Assembly: GCA_013265495.1 (NCBI GenBank)
Contig: MU057651.1
Coordinates: 1,189,674-1,253,673, forward strand
Length of the DNA stretch: 64,000 nucleotides
Origin: Vicugna vicugna
Lineage: Eukaryota
Direction of reading: 5' to 3'
Part shown: positions 1-14,119 of the stretch, piece by piece
How the letters are laid out: every line of letters starts with the position of its first letter
Position numbering within the stretch: position 1 is the first letter of the stretch
The notes under the pieces: model-generated
What the model saw: only the letters and a program-made list of their open reading frames with translations
What the model was told of the DNA's origin: nothing
Databases searched by the model: none
Program-made: the position numbers and the translations under genes

Positions 1-169
1 AGTCAAACACACATCATTCAGATTCTAGTGCTTTTTCCACTATAATATACTGCCTTCAACAAATATGAGCTCATACAAGGCACTATAGGGGAGAAGGTAA
101 TACAAATCTCCTCTCCTCAAAACACTTATAAACCAGATGGGAGACAAGATATAAACACAGTAAAAGTTA

Positions 170-360
170 AATAATGCTATAATAATAATAGAATAATAAG
201 AGAAATATATTGTGTATATATAAGTCTATGGTATAAGAATAATAGAAGTATATTGTATATATTGTATCTAGAATAATAATGGAATAATAATAGAAGTATA
301 TTATATATAATAATAAAAGTTTATTGTATATTATATATATATAGTAACAATACAACATTA
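170..360. repeat. AT-rich low-complexity repeat
   Basis: Repeated AATAATAG / TATATT units. Confidence 0.8.
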
Positions 361-3072
361 GAAGAGATGATAACATCTACTATTTATTAACATTTACAAT
401 TTGACAGGTTCTGTTCTAAAGGCTTTACAAGTATTATCTCATTTATCTTGCTTCTAGGTGAGGAAACTGAGGCAAAAGGAGGTGAAGCAATGGGCCCAAC
501 GTCATGTAGCATCATCTGTAGCAGCATCAGGACTTAAACCCAGGCAGTATGCCTCCAGAGCCTAACCTTTTAGATATTACATTGTATTTCCACGATAAAC
601 CTGGTACTATAATAAGGGTTTGGAAAAAATGCTATGGGAACCCAGAGGAGAAGGCCATTAATTCTATCTGGGGCAGTCAGGAGAGGTTTCCCACAGGATG
701 CAATCGCTGTGCAGGGTCTTAAAGGAGGGTAGGAATTTACTGGCGAGATAAGAGGACTAAGGGTGTTCTGGGCAGAGGGAACAGCATGTGCACGAACTTC
801 TGCAAAGGCCTAGTTTATCTGAGGAATGTTGAAAAGTTCAGGATGACTGGCGCCTAGAATATGTCGGGATTGTGAAAGGATGGGGAGCGGTGATGAAAGT
901 GGAAGATGAGACTGGAGAAGCAGACCGGGTGATCAGAGGGTAAAGGGCCTTGTGCACAGTAGAATCTATAAAATTGAGCTCAGACATGATGTCTACTGTG
1001 AGATTCTCCTCCTTCTTAATTTATCCCTGATTTTTTTTAAAGGGGCCCTTTCCTTTCTCTAAGCTTGGGAAACAAGTTTTGCTAAGCAAGGGTAAGAGTT
1101 CTTGGAGGATGGAGGGCTTGAAGGGTATACTCTTTGGAAAGGAGATGGGCCACAGTGGGAAAGAAGATTGCAACTGGAAAACCTGGGAGGAACAGCGTCA
1201 TATATTCAATTGAGAGAGAGAGAGACAGATACCCGTCTGCAACTACCGTTAGGTTGAGTGCAAGCATAAGTTACTCACCACCCACTCACCACCCCTCTCA
1301 GTACACATACATATTGGGAAGAAGGATGGTCTGAGATCAGGAAGGAAAAGCTACCAGTTGGCTTGTTTCTCATCCCAGACATAGCTCTTTAGTTGTCCCT
1401 TCATCCATGGGTCTGGGGGAATCCTTTGGTTCCTCTGCTGTTCATTGTGTGAAACTGAGGGGAGTTCTACTGTATCCTATAGACAATGGACCACCCAAGA
1501 AGGTTGATAGGCAGGAAAGTATTAGGAGGTTAGGTCTTGAGGCAGACTGAAGCCTGAACCAGAAGGAAGAAGAGACTAGAAGCAGGAATCCTGGTCCAGT
1601 TGAGAGATGACATGGAATTTGATTAACCCAATGGCCCTGTCAGTGGGAGTAGAAGGGCTTTGATTCAGGACAGCCTTCCGAGGTAGACACATAGCAACTT
1701 GGTAACCAGCTGAATATAGAGGAGAGAGGGCTCTAATTTGACAAACTAACTACCAGCAGGAGGTTTGTTTACAACACTTGTCTACTTTCAATATGGCCTT
1801 CTAACCCAGTGAGCTTGCCGTGGTTGTCTGACTGGGTTGATCCACCAAAAACCAGCGATGGGTTATACCCTTCCTTCTTATTTCTTTTCTATTTTTCCTC
1901 ATTCAGTCTAGCATTCAACTCCACGGTTCTCCTCTGTCTCCTTTGTAGTTTCTTTTCTGCTCTTTGAAGAAAAGGAATCAGAAACTCTTAAAGTGCCATT
2001 TCTGCGACCCTCACCCTTGTCTCCCAGATCCTGGCAGCCTTTGTTTCTTGCTGTCAGTGGTGATGTTTTGCTTGCTGTTTCTTTCCTTTACAATTGGGAT
2101 GCTGCTTACTCACGCTCTGTTCAATAAAGTTCATCATGACCCACTGTGCTCTTTCTTCCCAGACTTGTGCATAATTATGTTGTGTTTGTGTGTGATTTGT
2201 TTCTTCTCGCTGTTTTTTCCACATAGACTTCTGAATTTTTGCTACAGTATTTAAAAACAAAGAGAGAATTCTGACCAAATCGCAGACATGGAGTAAGTAA
2301 AGATTTATTAAAAAGAATATGAAAAGGGATATATGTATGTATATGTACGATTGAAACATTAAGCTCTATACCACGTACACTGTAAACTGACTACTTCAAT
2401 TTCATTTTTTAAAAGAGATTTCTTAGCCACAAATTTTAAAAAATACTATTAACAGCATAGAAGAGCCATGGATTCAGACCTGAATCAGATTAATTTTCCT
2501 AAAACACCTTTCTGATTATATCATTGTCCAACTCCAAAATCTGTCATTGTTCCCTCAGGTTGTTGGAAAGAAGTTCAAATTTCTAAAGCTTGTATGTTCT
2601 GTACCCAACATAATTTGGCAACCTGAACTCTTCCTACCCTCATACACATAGCTACACTTTCCCGTATTTGTACCTTTAGTTGCTTATTCATTCTAGATTT
2701 CTCACCCTGCCCTGTTCCTATCTGTTGAAGCACCAGCAGCTCCTTTGTGCCTGGAAGACCTGATGATGATAAGGAATCAGAGACCTGGCTTTCAAACTCA
2801 GACTTACTCCTAGAAGATTGCATGATCTTGGGCAAGTCAATTTCCCGCACTGAAACTAAGGTCTTCACCTGTAAATGTGGATTATAAAAATCTTCTCAGA
2901 CTTGCAGTGAGGAATAATTTATGTAACGTATGTTTAGATGCATCTACCACAGTGTCTATCATATAGTGAATGCTCAATAAATAATTGAATGGATAGGTGT
3001 TAGGGGTTTCACAGACCACCCAAAGGCCATCCATGCATTTCACATTAGAAATCTTTGAATTTTAAGAGTAAA

Positions 3073-3197
3073 TTTTTTTTTGGAGAGGGTAGGTAATTAG
3101 GTTTATTTATTTACTTAATGGAGGTACTGGGTATTGAATACAGGACCTCGTGCATGCTAAGCACGCACTCTACCACTGAGTTATACCTTACCCCGCC
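3073..3197 (-). mobile_element. tRNA-derived SINE (camelid Vic-1-like)
   Basis: Reverse strand has tRNA-Ala-like A/B boxes followed by an AT-rich tail; same family as 54171 and 55423. Confidence 0.8.
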
Positions 3198-5111
3198 TTG
3201 AATTTCAATTCTTCAGTATTGGGCAATCTATCTAAATGAAAAATAACACCTCAAGAGTCTGTTTATGTGCACATGCATATGTGTGAGAGATGGTGTGTGC
3301 ATATTGTGGGCCAGGGGGTGGATATTTACTTCAGCAACTGCATTTCAGAGGGAGTTGAGGAAACAAGACTTGAAGTCAAATCAGATGCCAGGATGGTTGG
3401 GTCACTCTAAGGAAGGTCCAGAGTGGACCCAGAGGAGAAAAAGAGGACTGTGTAGAAAGCCACGAAGGGCTGCAATGTTCTCTCGTTCTGAAGTCGCAAG
3501 TCATCACTGAGGAAAAGTGAAGAGTCTCTTGTAAGAAAGGAGGCAACCTGACAGAAGACTTTCGTGACTTATAATTTAAAAGAACAGCTAAAAGCAGATC
3601 CTTCCCTTTTTTTTTTTTTGTCTTTTGTGGAGAATTAACATCAGATGAAAATCGGAATCTCACCAAACCATTTACTCGGAAAGTAGACCATGGAAAGGCT
3701 CTCCCTAAAAGCTGTCAGAGAAATGGAAAGCAATCAAAAATGGAACACTAGAGAACAATTCAAAGGTGCAGTGAAAAGGGGACGGGGGTGGTGTGATACA
3801 GAATATCATGAAAGAGCAAGCCTATTGTTAAGAGAAAACCAGTGAGGGGCCTCAAAATGTCATCTGAGTGGTGAGGAAAGTGACAGGAGCAGAGAGCCAG
3901 AGTGAGCAGGGAATTTCCGTGAAGAAGCTGCACTTGCTGTTAGGAGAGGTAACGTTCCACCAGATTGGCAGAGCCAGCCGCGGCGGGCAGGAGCCGCCAT
4001 GTCAGTGCCTGTAAGGACCACTCCAACGTGTCTTCCCAGAGAACAATTCACCGAAGGGAATGGGGCAGCGCCCAGGGCACACCTAATTGGCAGCTGATTG
4101 GCAGTTGTGAACATAATCATCACCACCATGGAGTCTTCGTAAGTAGTTGTTATTAATGGAATTGAAACTGCTCTAATCAGTACTACTATTCAATTCAATA
4201 AAATCAGCTCAATCATATTGAGCCACCTGGTATGTATTCTGTGCTGTGCTAACTCAGTCAGGATCATTCGTTCATTTATTGAGCACCTACTGTGTACCAG
4301 GCATGGTTGTGAGCTCTGGGGATATAACGGTGACCAAAATAGACAAAAATCCCTGCCCTCCTGGAGTTTATGTACAAATGATGTAAAAGAAGAAGAAAGG
4401 AAACTAACTGCTGAGCATCTTTTATGTGTCACGTGCTTTACATACATTATCACATTTAATCCACACAACAACAACCTATGGGAAAGGTTATTATCATGGT
4501 TTTGTAGAAGACAAAACTAAGGCTCAAACAGATCAAAAACCAGACCAAGAGAACACAGCTAGGTGGTGGCAGAACTGACACTGGAAACCATCCATGCCTG
4601 TCTCATTCCAAAGTGCATGGGTTTCTCCTCTTCAAGTTTCTGACCTTCCACAGACCCTAGTATCAATTTCATCACCCTCAAGATTTAACTTTTAAAGTCT
4701 GCTGTCTAACAGCCATTCATAAATGCCATGATTACTGAAAGTTCAACGGGTCAGAGTCAGATCTTGGGGATATAGAGATGACAGGACATAACCTTTGCCC
4801 TGAACTCCTTTACTCAGCAACTAGAGAGGCAATCTAACAGAGCGCTTAAGAGCCCTCATGCTAGGGAAAGACTAAGTGGCTCCAAATCCCAGTTCTGCCT
4901 CTGCCTGTTACTACCTGCATAACCTTGAGCAAGTTATTTAATTTCTCTGTGCCTTAATTTTCCCACCTGTAAAATGGGGATAATAGTACTTACCTCATGT
5001 AGAGGGAGGATGGTGAGGATCAGGAAGATAATAATGGCAAACACTCACATACTGCTTATTATATGTCAGGCACTATTCTAAGCACTTCATATGTTAGCTC
5101 TTTAATGACAA

Positions 5112-5618
5112 CCAACAGTTCTCAAAGCGTGGTTCAGGGACCCCTGGAGATCTGTGAGGTACAAACTATTTTCATAAAAACACTCAGGCTTGTTTTCCTT
5201 TTTTCATTCTCATCGTCTCACAAGTGTATAGTGGAATTTTCCAGGGGCTGCATGATGTGTTATATGATCTGTTGCCTGAATACAAAAACAGATATGAGAA
5301 TCTAGCTATCTTTTATTAATTCAGATATTTAACAGATTTGCAGAAATGCAAAATAAGGTTATTCTTCTCACTACTTTTTTTTGGTTTTGGAAAATACAGT
5401 TATTTCTCATTAACAAGATGTTATTTATATTAACATAAGGGATGGGTTTAATATTGTTATTTTAATAAATTGATAAATAATTTTTAAAAATTTCTCAGTT
5501 TCAATTTCTAATGAGGTAAATATTGACAGACATAAGCCAAATAAACAAACACTCTGAGGTCCTCAATAATGTTAAACCATCTAAAGATCCTGAGACCAAA
5601 AAAATTTGAGAACCTGTG
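5112..5618 (+). mobile_element. hAT-Charlie non-autonomous DNA transposon (Charlie1b-like)
   Basis: TTCTCAAAG...TTTGAGAAC terminal inverted repeats and internal sequence typical of Charlie1 derivatives. Confidence 0.75.
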
Positions 5619-7569
5619 ATATATACACTACCTGAAAAGCATTTAGCACAGTGTCTGGCACATAGCAAGCACTCAATAAAGCTAAGTAATCATTATGATA
5701 ACACCTATAACCAGAATAGGTACCATATGATGAGTGTCTTAAAAGAAATGCTAAATGTTGTGGCAGTGCGCAGAAAAGAAATTTCACATCCAGCTGAAGG
5801 ATCCTGTAAAGGCTTCATGAAGTAGGAAGTACTTGACATGGGACACTAAAGAATGAAGAGGAGGCTGAACAGAGAATTCTGTGGAGAGGAGTTGATTCCA
5901 GGAGGGAGAAACACTAAAGCGGGAGAGCAGAGGGTGTGCTCTGGAAACCAGGAGGGGTCAAGTTTAGCTGAAACCAAAGCTATATGCAGAAGAGTAACGG
6001 GAGAGAAGGCTGGAAAGGAGATTGGTGAATGCCTAACTGCAGAGAGCCTTGAATACCAGGATAAGGAGTTTGCATGTTACTCAGAAGGTAAGCGGGGCGG
6101 GACACTAAAGATCATTAGCAAAGGGCTGAGGTTTAGAGAGATGACTGGCAACTATGTTGAGGATCATTTGAAGAGGGAGAGGCTGGTCATGGAGCAACTG
6201 GTAGGGAGCCTACGGCAACAGTCCAGGAGAGAGGGACAAAGAACTGAGCTAAGGTAGTAGCCAGGGGACCAGGGGAGGGATGTGAAAGAATATGAACATC
6301 TATTAAATAAATATTCAGTGAACTTCCCCAACCTGCTCTGTTTCTCTCTCCAACATTAAGGACTTCCTCACTCCCTAAAGATAGGTTATAATGGGCATAT
6401 TTCATATTTATGGCCCCCAAACTGTGCCACATTGTAGCCAAGAAATTGAGCAGAATAAGTATGTCAGATTTCAAAATGAATGTCCACCGAGGGAATGAGG
6501 GTGCTGAAGAAAAGAAGGAAAAAAGTGGAGACATATTGGAAGTGAGAGTAGATAGTAAAATCCAGACTCCCTGGACAAATCAAAATGTGTGCAGATATAT
6601 GGCTTATGCAATCTAGTGGAAACGGAAGTGATGAGATGAGCCCAAAGCCAAATAAAAAGTATTTTTTCAAACAAAAGCAAAAGGAATGTTTGTTCCACCT
6701 GTCCTGAGTAAGAAAATACCCAGCAGCACGTGGATATAGTGGAGTGGGGATTAGAACATAATAGTTCCAGCCTTTTGCCCAGTTAATTAATAGTTTGGTT
6801 TCGGTGTGTTTTTTTTTTTTAAAGAAGCCAAGCTATTCAGTGATTTACTGCAATGTTCCTTTAGTTCTTATACCATTCTTTCTGTGCTGTGTAAGGGACA
6901 ATGAAATTCCTGGAAAACTGTGGGCATCTGTGCTCTGCCACGCCGGCCATTTCACAGAATTATGAAGACGTGGGACAGAGGTCTTGCAGACAAGTAGAGA
7001 GGTATTAAGGTTCTTGCTTTCCCAAGTGGCTAACACATACAGCTTTGCTTGGCAGGAGTGAATTTTACTCTTCATTCTGATCCTGTGAAAGGTCAGTGTA
7101 GGTAAAACATTCTCCTGGTAGGATTCACTGTCTACTAGTGGCTCGACTCCAATTCTCCCACAGCCCAGTACCAGTATCGTGCTGTAATTGGGAAGACTCA
7201 AGTGGGAAGGGGTTTCTGTGTCCCAAGGCAGGTCTGGTAGACTTGTCTACTGAGCTATGATATACTCAAGGAGAAGCCAACGACCAAGTGTCATACCTCC
7301 CCCTACCCCAATAACAGAAAGAAAACAATGGCTAATATTTATTGAGGACTTACCAAGTGCCAGATGCACTTGACTTGAATCATCTCACTGAAACCTCACC
7401 ACAGCCCAGCAAGGGAAGCAATGTGATCACGTTGTAGGTGAGAAAACAAGTCTCAGAGTTTCAAGTGACTTGTTCAAAGACACACGCTAGCTAGTAAGTG
7501 GCAGAACCAGGATTTGGGCCCCCATCTGTCTGACTCTATTACGCCTCACCACTGCTAAAAGAGTTTAGT

Positions 7570-7800
7570 TTGTTTTTTAATTGAAATACAGTTGACATAC
7601 AGTGTTCTGTTCACTTCCGGTGTACTACAGAGTGATTTGATATTTGCATACATTATGAAATGATTGCCATGATAAGTCTAGTAACCAACCGTCCTCATAC
7701 AAAGTTCTTACAATATTATTGACCATATTCCTTATGCTGCATATTACAGCCCTGTGGCTTATTTGTTTTATGACTGCAGGTTTGTACCTCTTAACCCCTT
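7570..7800 (-). mobile_element. L1 3' end fragment (L1MA-like)
   Basis: T-rich start followed by typical antisense L1 3'UTR sequence. Confidence 0.7.
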
Positions 7801-7989
7801 TTAGAGTTTCTTTTTTGGTCTTCTCCAGAAAGCTTGTGCTGCCTCACAGGGCAGAGCATGTTTTTGGTGCCCCAGGTGATCAGAGCACCAGCCATCTCGG
7901 CATCACCTTGGAGAATTTTCCCTCATCTGAAAGCCTTTGAGGTGTCAGGTCAGCCACCTTGGGAAGCTACCCTAACCCATTTGGGCTAA

Positions 7990-8295
7990 TAGAATCTCAG
8001 ATTAAGATCATCTGGTCCAGTGCCTTGGCTAATGTCGACTCGTCTCTCTAACATCCCTATCTAGAAGCTGGCTAATTTGTGCTTAAAAACTTCCAGGCAG
8101 GGATGGCTTCATGGGCATATGGCTATTTCATTTTGCACTGGGCCCTGCAGATTATGTGGTGATCCTGCTTCCAGTGAAGAGAAACTCATGAGCTCAGGAG
8201 GCAGCCCATTCCCATCTTTGGACCACTCTGTCTCTGAGCAAGGGCATCCTTGTGGTGTGAAGAAATCTGTTTCCCTGCAGTTTCTTCCCACTGGC
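7990..8295 (-). mobile_element. L3/CR1 LINE 3' fragment
   Basis: TTCCAGTGA...GGCAGCCCATTCC...AAATCTGTTTCCCTGCAG resembles the antisense L3 3' region. Confidence 0.5.
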
Positions 8296-8404
8296 TTCAG
8301 AGACAGACTTGAGATAAAATTGCTAGCTCTGCAACCTTCTCACCATGGCTGTAAGCACATCACTTAACCTCTCTGAACCTCAGTTTCTTCATCTCTAAAT
8401 GAAG

Positions 8405-8642
8405 GGCAGGGGGTTGGGGAAGGATGAAAGAGGTGGAGGGGATTAGGGGGTACAAACTACCAGTTATAAAATAAATAAGTCACAGGGATGTAATGTCCAA
8501 CACAGAGAAAATAGTCAATAGTATTGTAATAACTTTGTATGGTGCGTAATCTACAAAAATATCTAATCACTATGTTGCACATTTGAAACTAATATAATAT
8601 TGTAAGTCAATTATACTTCAATAAAAATAAATAAATAAAATA
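8405..8642 (+). mobile_element. L1 3' end fragment inserted in a MIR
   Basis: G-rich start, ...TTATAAAATAAATAAGTCACAGGGATGTAATG..., A-rich tail. Confidence 0.75.
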
Positions 8643-9469
8643 GGAATATTATCAGCTTCTTTGAAGGGTTTTTTTAAGGACAGATAGGACACAGCACATT
8701 GCACATAGTCAATGAATGTTAACTATAATTAACACCATTATTACCCCACCAGAAGCACATTGAGTGCAAAGGACAGAAAATGGTACAGAACACGGTACAG
8801 AACACAGATCCTGATGTGTTCCTTTTCTAAATTGGACAAATTGCTTGAAGTATCTTACATTTTCACTATTCTTCTTACTTCCCATGCTAAGAAAACTTGA
8901 TATCATTAGCCCACTTATCATTTTCCCTCTAAAATACTCTAATCAGCCTTCTTGTTTAATAAAAAATATACTTCTCAGTAGTAGCTGTAGTATTTCATCA
9001 TAGGATTGCTTAGTGTTTCAATTTCGCGTAATAATTTCCCATCCTTGATCTCGTTTGAATCTTGCAATAACTCTATGAGGCAGGCAGGGCAGGCATTAGT
9101 TCATTCATTCATTTGTTCATTCATCTATTCAGCCACTATTTACTGAGGCTCTGCTATGTGCCAGACACTGTACTAGGGGCTAGGGATACTATGACAAGCA
9201 AAGCAGACCTGCTTACCACCCTCTGGAGCTTATAATCTAGTAGATTTGCAGATGAGGAAACTATCCTTGATGTTTAAGTAATCTGCACAAGGTCACGTGG
9301 TGAGTAGGAGGTGGAAATGGGACTAGAACTAAGGTTTTCTAACAATGCTCATTCCAGTGTATATTCCACTCTCCCATTCTGCCTCGTGCTCCCCTGCATC
9401 CATTGCCTTCCTTTTTTATACTCCCACCTCAGCTCTAAAGCATTTTTGAATTTGCTATTAAGAATATTT

Positions 9470-10186
9470 TTTTCTGTTTTTCATTAAAGTATAGTTGATT
9501 TTCAATGTTGTATTAGTTTCTGGTGTACAACATAGTGATTCAGTTTCATATTCTTTTTTTTAACATTTTTTATTGATTTATAATCATTTTACAATGTGTC
9601 AAATTCCAGTGTTCAGCACAATTTTTCAGTCATACATGGACATATACACACTCATTGTCACATTTTTTTCTCTGTGAGCTACCATAACATTTTGTGTATA
9701 TTTCCCTGTGCTATACCATATAACCTTGTTTATCTATTCTACAATTTTGAAATCCTTTTCAGTTTCATATTCTTTATCACTATATGTTATTACAAAATAT
9801 TGAGTATAGTTCTCTGTTCTATACAGTAGGATCTTATTGTTTACCTATTTTATATATAGTAGTTTGTATCTGCTAATCCCAAATTCCTAATTTATCCTTC
9901 CCCTTCTGCCCTTTCCTTTTTGGTAACAACAAGTTTGTGTTCTATGTCTTTGAGTCTATTTCTGTTTTATAAATAAGTTCATTTGTGTCATATATTTTAG
10001 ATTCCACATCTAAGTGATATATGATATTTGTCTTTGTGTAGCTTACTTCACTTACTATGATCATCTCTAGGCCCATCCATGTTGCTGCAAATGGCATTAT
10101 TTCATTCTTTTTCATGGCTGAGTAGCATCCATTTTATATACGTATACCACATCTTCTTTATCCAGTCATCTGTCAACGGACATTTA
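9470..10186 (-). mobile_element. L1 3' region containing a nested younger L1 fragment (9557-9757)
   Basis: Antisense L1 3'UTR/ORF2 end; nested insert flanked by 18-bp TSD TTCAGTTTCATATTCTTT (9539-9556, 9758-9775). Confidence 0.85.
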
Positions 10187-11019
10187 AGACTATTTTTCCT
10201 AAACACCACTTTTAGTCTTGTCATTAGTTTGATCACACGTCGTTCCTGCTAGTCTGGTGGTTCAACACCAAGTCACCCCAGTGTCTCCAAGCTGTTTCCA
10301 GATCTTGACTACTTGTCTGGGTAACTTGTTGGTAACCCAGAATCAGGAGAACTAGGGGCCTGCATTACTTCACCCAGTCTCCTAACTCCTTCCAGGGTGA
10401 GTTAACCTTTCTTTGGCTGGCCAGATAATATAATTTCCCAATTGCCCATGTATGAGTTCAAGTCCACTCTGCAGGCCTTTCTAGGCCCTCCATAATCTGT
10501 TCCCACCCTGCCTTTGAACTTTCTCTCTTTCCTCCCCACCCCTTTCACACATCCTCCCCAAGCTCATTTCCTATCCTATGGCTTATTCGTTTATTCATGC
10601 ACCTCATCACTCTTGTTACCTCCATCCCACAAACCTAGAAGCTCTCCTTTGCCTCTTCTATCTAAAATAAATCCTGCTCAACTTAAGTATTACTTCCTTT
10701 ATGAAGATTTCTTTAATGGCTCCAGCTCTCAAGGATCTCACCAATAACAGAATAGTCTTACATCGAGTTTTAAAAATTAATTGCCTAAATGCATGCTAGA
10801 GAAGACCTCATTTGACAGCCCTTCATTCGAAAGAGTCCTGGGGATTTTAATTGGCCTCCTGCTCAATATGAATCAATAGAGATGATGCGGTTGCAAATAT
10901 ATAAATAAATAGATAGCTGGGAGATACAGACTTAGGCTATGCTAAAAGAATTATCATGCCTAAATTGAGAGAAATAATGCTTTTACTGGACTCATTAATT
11001 CACTAACTTATTCATTTAA

Positions 11020-13830
11020 AACACATTCATCTCTTTTCAATGTGCTTATCCTTTGTCCCAAAATTCCACCTTCAGGAATCTATCCCACAGAAGTACTTGG
11101 CAGCGTTATTTGTGAGATTTTTCCCTTTATCCTTGATGCCCTGAAGTTCAATTGTGATGTTTCTAGAAGCTACCAATTTGTCTTCATTTATTTTACTTAG
11201 GACTAGGTACAGGATTTTATTTTATTTTATTTTTTTGGAACAATTCAGACTCCCCAGCTGTATTTTGGTGAAGTTAAATGCAAAATTTCTTAATACATTT
11301 TTTCTTTTCTATGGATTGACCAATAACTTGAGAACTGAAAATTGTAATTACTTTATATTCAGTTCCTTTAGATGCAAGAAATATGTCCCCATGTTCTTTA
11401 AAAGGAGCTAATATTTGCAGATGGGTCAAAAGTTTCAAACAAATATATTTTTCAAGAGAATATATTTTTCCTCTTTTTAAAAAATACCTTTATTGTAGTA
11501 TGGTTCCTGTACAGTAAACTACACATATTTCAGATGTAGGTACAGGATTTTAACCCATGGATTCATGTCTTGTGAGTTGTGGGAAATGCTCAGCCATTTC
11601 TCTTCAAACATTACTTCTTCCTATTATTTCCTTCTAAAATTTCTATTAGAGGAATGTGGAGCTTCTTATTCTATCATCTGTATCTTCTAATTTCTCTTTC
11701 AGATCTAGCATTTTTATAGTGTTGTGCTTTATTTTATGAATAAATATGTCAGCTTTTTTTGTTATTTCACTAATTCTTCCTTTGTTCCTGCTTTATTTGT
11801 AGTTTAAACTGTCAACTGACTTTTTTTTTAAATGCCATATTTGTTTATACTTTCACAAGGGGTGCTTTGGAATAATCATTTTTTAATCACTTTATTTGAT
11901 ATTTAAAATTTTGCTAGTCCAGTGGGTGGAAATGATCTCATTATTGGTTTAATTTGCATTTTTTATATTACAAGTAAACATTTTTACATCCATGTATTAG
12001 TCATTTGTATTTTGCCATCTGGTAGTTGACTTCTTAACATTTCAATGAGACTAAAACTAAGGTTTTCCAATCCACTGCTCATCTCATACTTTCTATATTC
12101 TTCATTTCTAGAATTTTTCTTTTATATATACATACATATATGTTATGTGTGTACATATATATGTAATATATGACATGTGTGTGTGTATGGATATATCATA
12201 TATATGTATTCTGGGTTTTTTATATATGTAATATATACATGTGTGTATATATATAATGGATATAGAATATATATATATAATATATATATATATTCTGGGT
12301 TTTTTTTAATCTTTAAACCTTTAAACATACAATATTTTAAAGTCTGTTCAGATTTCTGTATTATCTGTAATTCCTTGGAACTGAATTCTCCCATTTCTTG
12401 TACATATTGACTAACTCTTATTGTAATGGGTTTCTTTTTTTTTAAAGAGTCAAGTTTTACTCTTTATTTGCAGTTTCAAAAATATTTTTATGCACAAGTA
12501 GACCTAGAAAAGAGATAAAGAAACCAACAGGTCAATAATAATTTTCTAACTGCTGGGCTTATATGTGAGTCTGATCATTTGTCTAGTGGGTTTCTTCATG
12601 GGCTTTATCATTTTCTATGTGAGCTTATCTTCTATAGGATCTGTATTCTATGAGAATTTGACTCTGAGTTGTAGAGGTGGCCTTATGGGCAGTTTTTAAT
12701 TTGCCTCTGCCAGAGTTCTGTGCTGCTCCCAGTTCTGGACAAGTTTTTGTGTTAAGTTCTCAGGGATTCTGAATTATGTGGGTACTATGAATTTGGGTCT
12801 CATACGAGTGTGTAGCTCAGGTTTAGATTTTTTAAACTTCTTAGGGGTGGGTTTATTTCTAGGGGAAGATGAACTGCATCTTGTTTGTAGGGACACAGTT
12901 AGCATAATAGTAAAAGTATGGACCCTGGAATTAAGGTACCAGGTCTGAGTCATATATCTGCCACTTCCTAGCAGTGTGACCTTAAGCAAGTTACTAATTT
13001 TGTTCCCTGTCTGTATAATGAGGATTATAATAGTACCTACCTCAACGGGCTTTTATGAGGGTTAAATAAATCAATACATGCAAGACATGTAGAGCAGTAC
13101 CTGGCGCATTGTATGTACTAATCAAGGTTTGTTGTTATTGTGCCTCTGGTTATATGGCAAATCTGGTTTCAATTCACAGATGAAGCAGCTCTCTTCTGTT
13201 CCTTGTTTTGTGCAAGAATTCAATTTTAACTCAATTCCAAGTCCTTCAAAGGACCCAAAAGTCCAGCCACTAAAGTACATATCTGGTCTTATTATCTCCG
13301 TGAGTTGTGACACTTCAATTCATGCTCATTGCTGTGATTTTGAGTTCCATTTTTGTTTCTGGAATCTGAAAGATTTCCTTTCTTGCTTCTTAAGTTCAGC
13401 TCTATATTTTTCTGGTTAAATTTTATCTAGTGTGTCTCTATGTTTTGAGTTGCATTGCTTCTAATAGTGAACAATATTAGATAACCTAACTGTCCAATAG
13501 TTAGGGATTTGTTAAATAAAATTATGGTACATTATTCAAATGGAATACAATTCAGCCATAAAAAATAATGAAGTAGGTCTGTATACCTATATGAGCTGAC
13601 ACAGAATATAGCTCTGTTGTACCATTAAGTGAAAAAAAGCAAGAAGCAGAGACATGTCTATATTGTGTGTATATAAATGTATACATTTTTTTCACATAGA
13701 AAAGGTACTGGAAGGATGCTCACCACAAACTATGATTATGGTTACTTCTAGCATGGATATGAGGGATAGACTTTACTTCACACTTTTTCCTTTAGTTATA
13801 TATATTTTAAACTAATATGTAGGCATTTCT
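11020..13830. mobile_element. Nested old L1 (L1M/L1ME-type) fragments with an embedded MIR (~12895-13120)
   Basis: Degenerate L1 3' end motifs at both ends on + with T-rich antisense L1-like sequence between. Confidence 0.55.
12120..12300. repeat. Degenerate (TA)n/(TG)n microsatellite
   Basis: Direct reading; TATTCTGGGTTTTTT occurs twice within it. Confidence 0.85.
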
Positions 13831-14119
13831 TTTAAAAAATCAAATAATTTGAATAAGGAGAAAGACAAGTACTCCCTCTGCAATTTCATCCCTCTTCTCT
13901 CCAAAAGAAAACGTAATTAACACTTACCAAGTATCTACTTGGCCAGGAGCTGAGACAATAATGATGAATAAGTTCCATCCCCCGCCATAAGAAGCTCAAG
14001 ATCTAATGGGAGAGATATGCATAAATTTCTCAGAGGGAAAGGAACTCAGGGAAGCCTCACAGAGGAGATGGGGCTGAACAAAGTGGATTTCACCAAGTAG
14101 ACAACGGAGGAAAGGGCAT

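Noticed and set aside
3999..4097. 32-codon + strand ORF after GCCGCCATG
   Set aside because: No evidence of a + strand transcript or homology; the motif is equally explained as a YY1-like site.
5853..6257. 134-aa ORF
   Set aside because: Lies in a purine-rich antisense L2 remnant.
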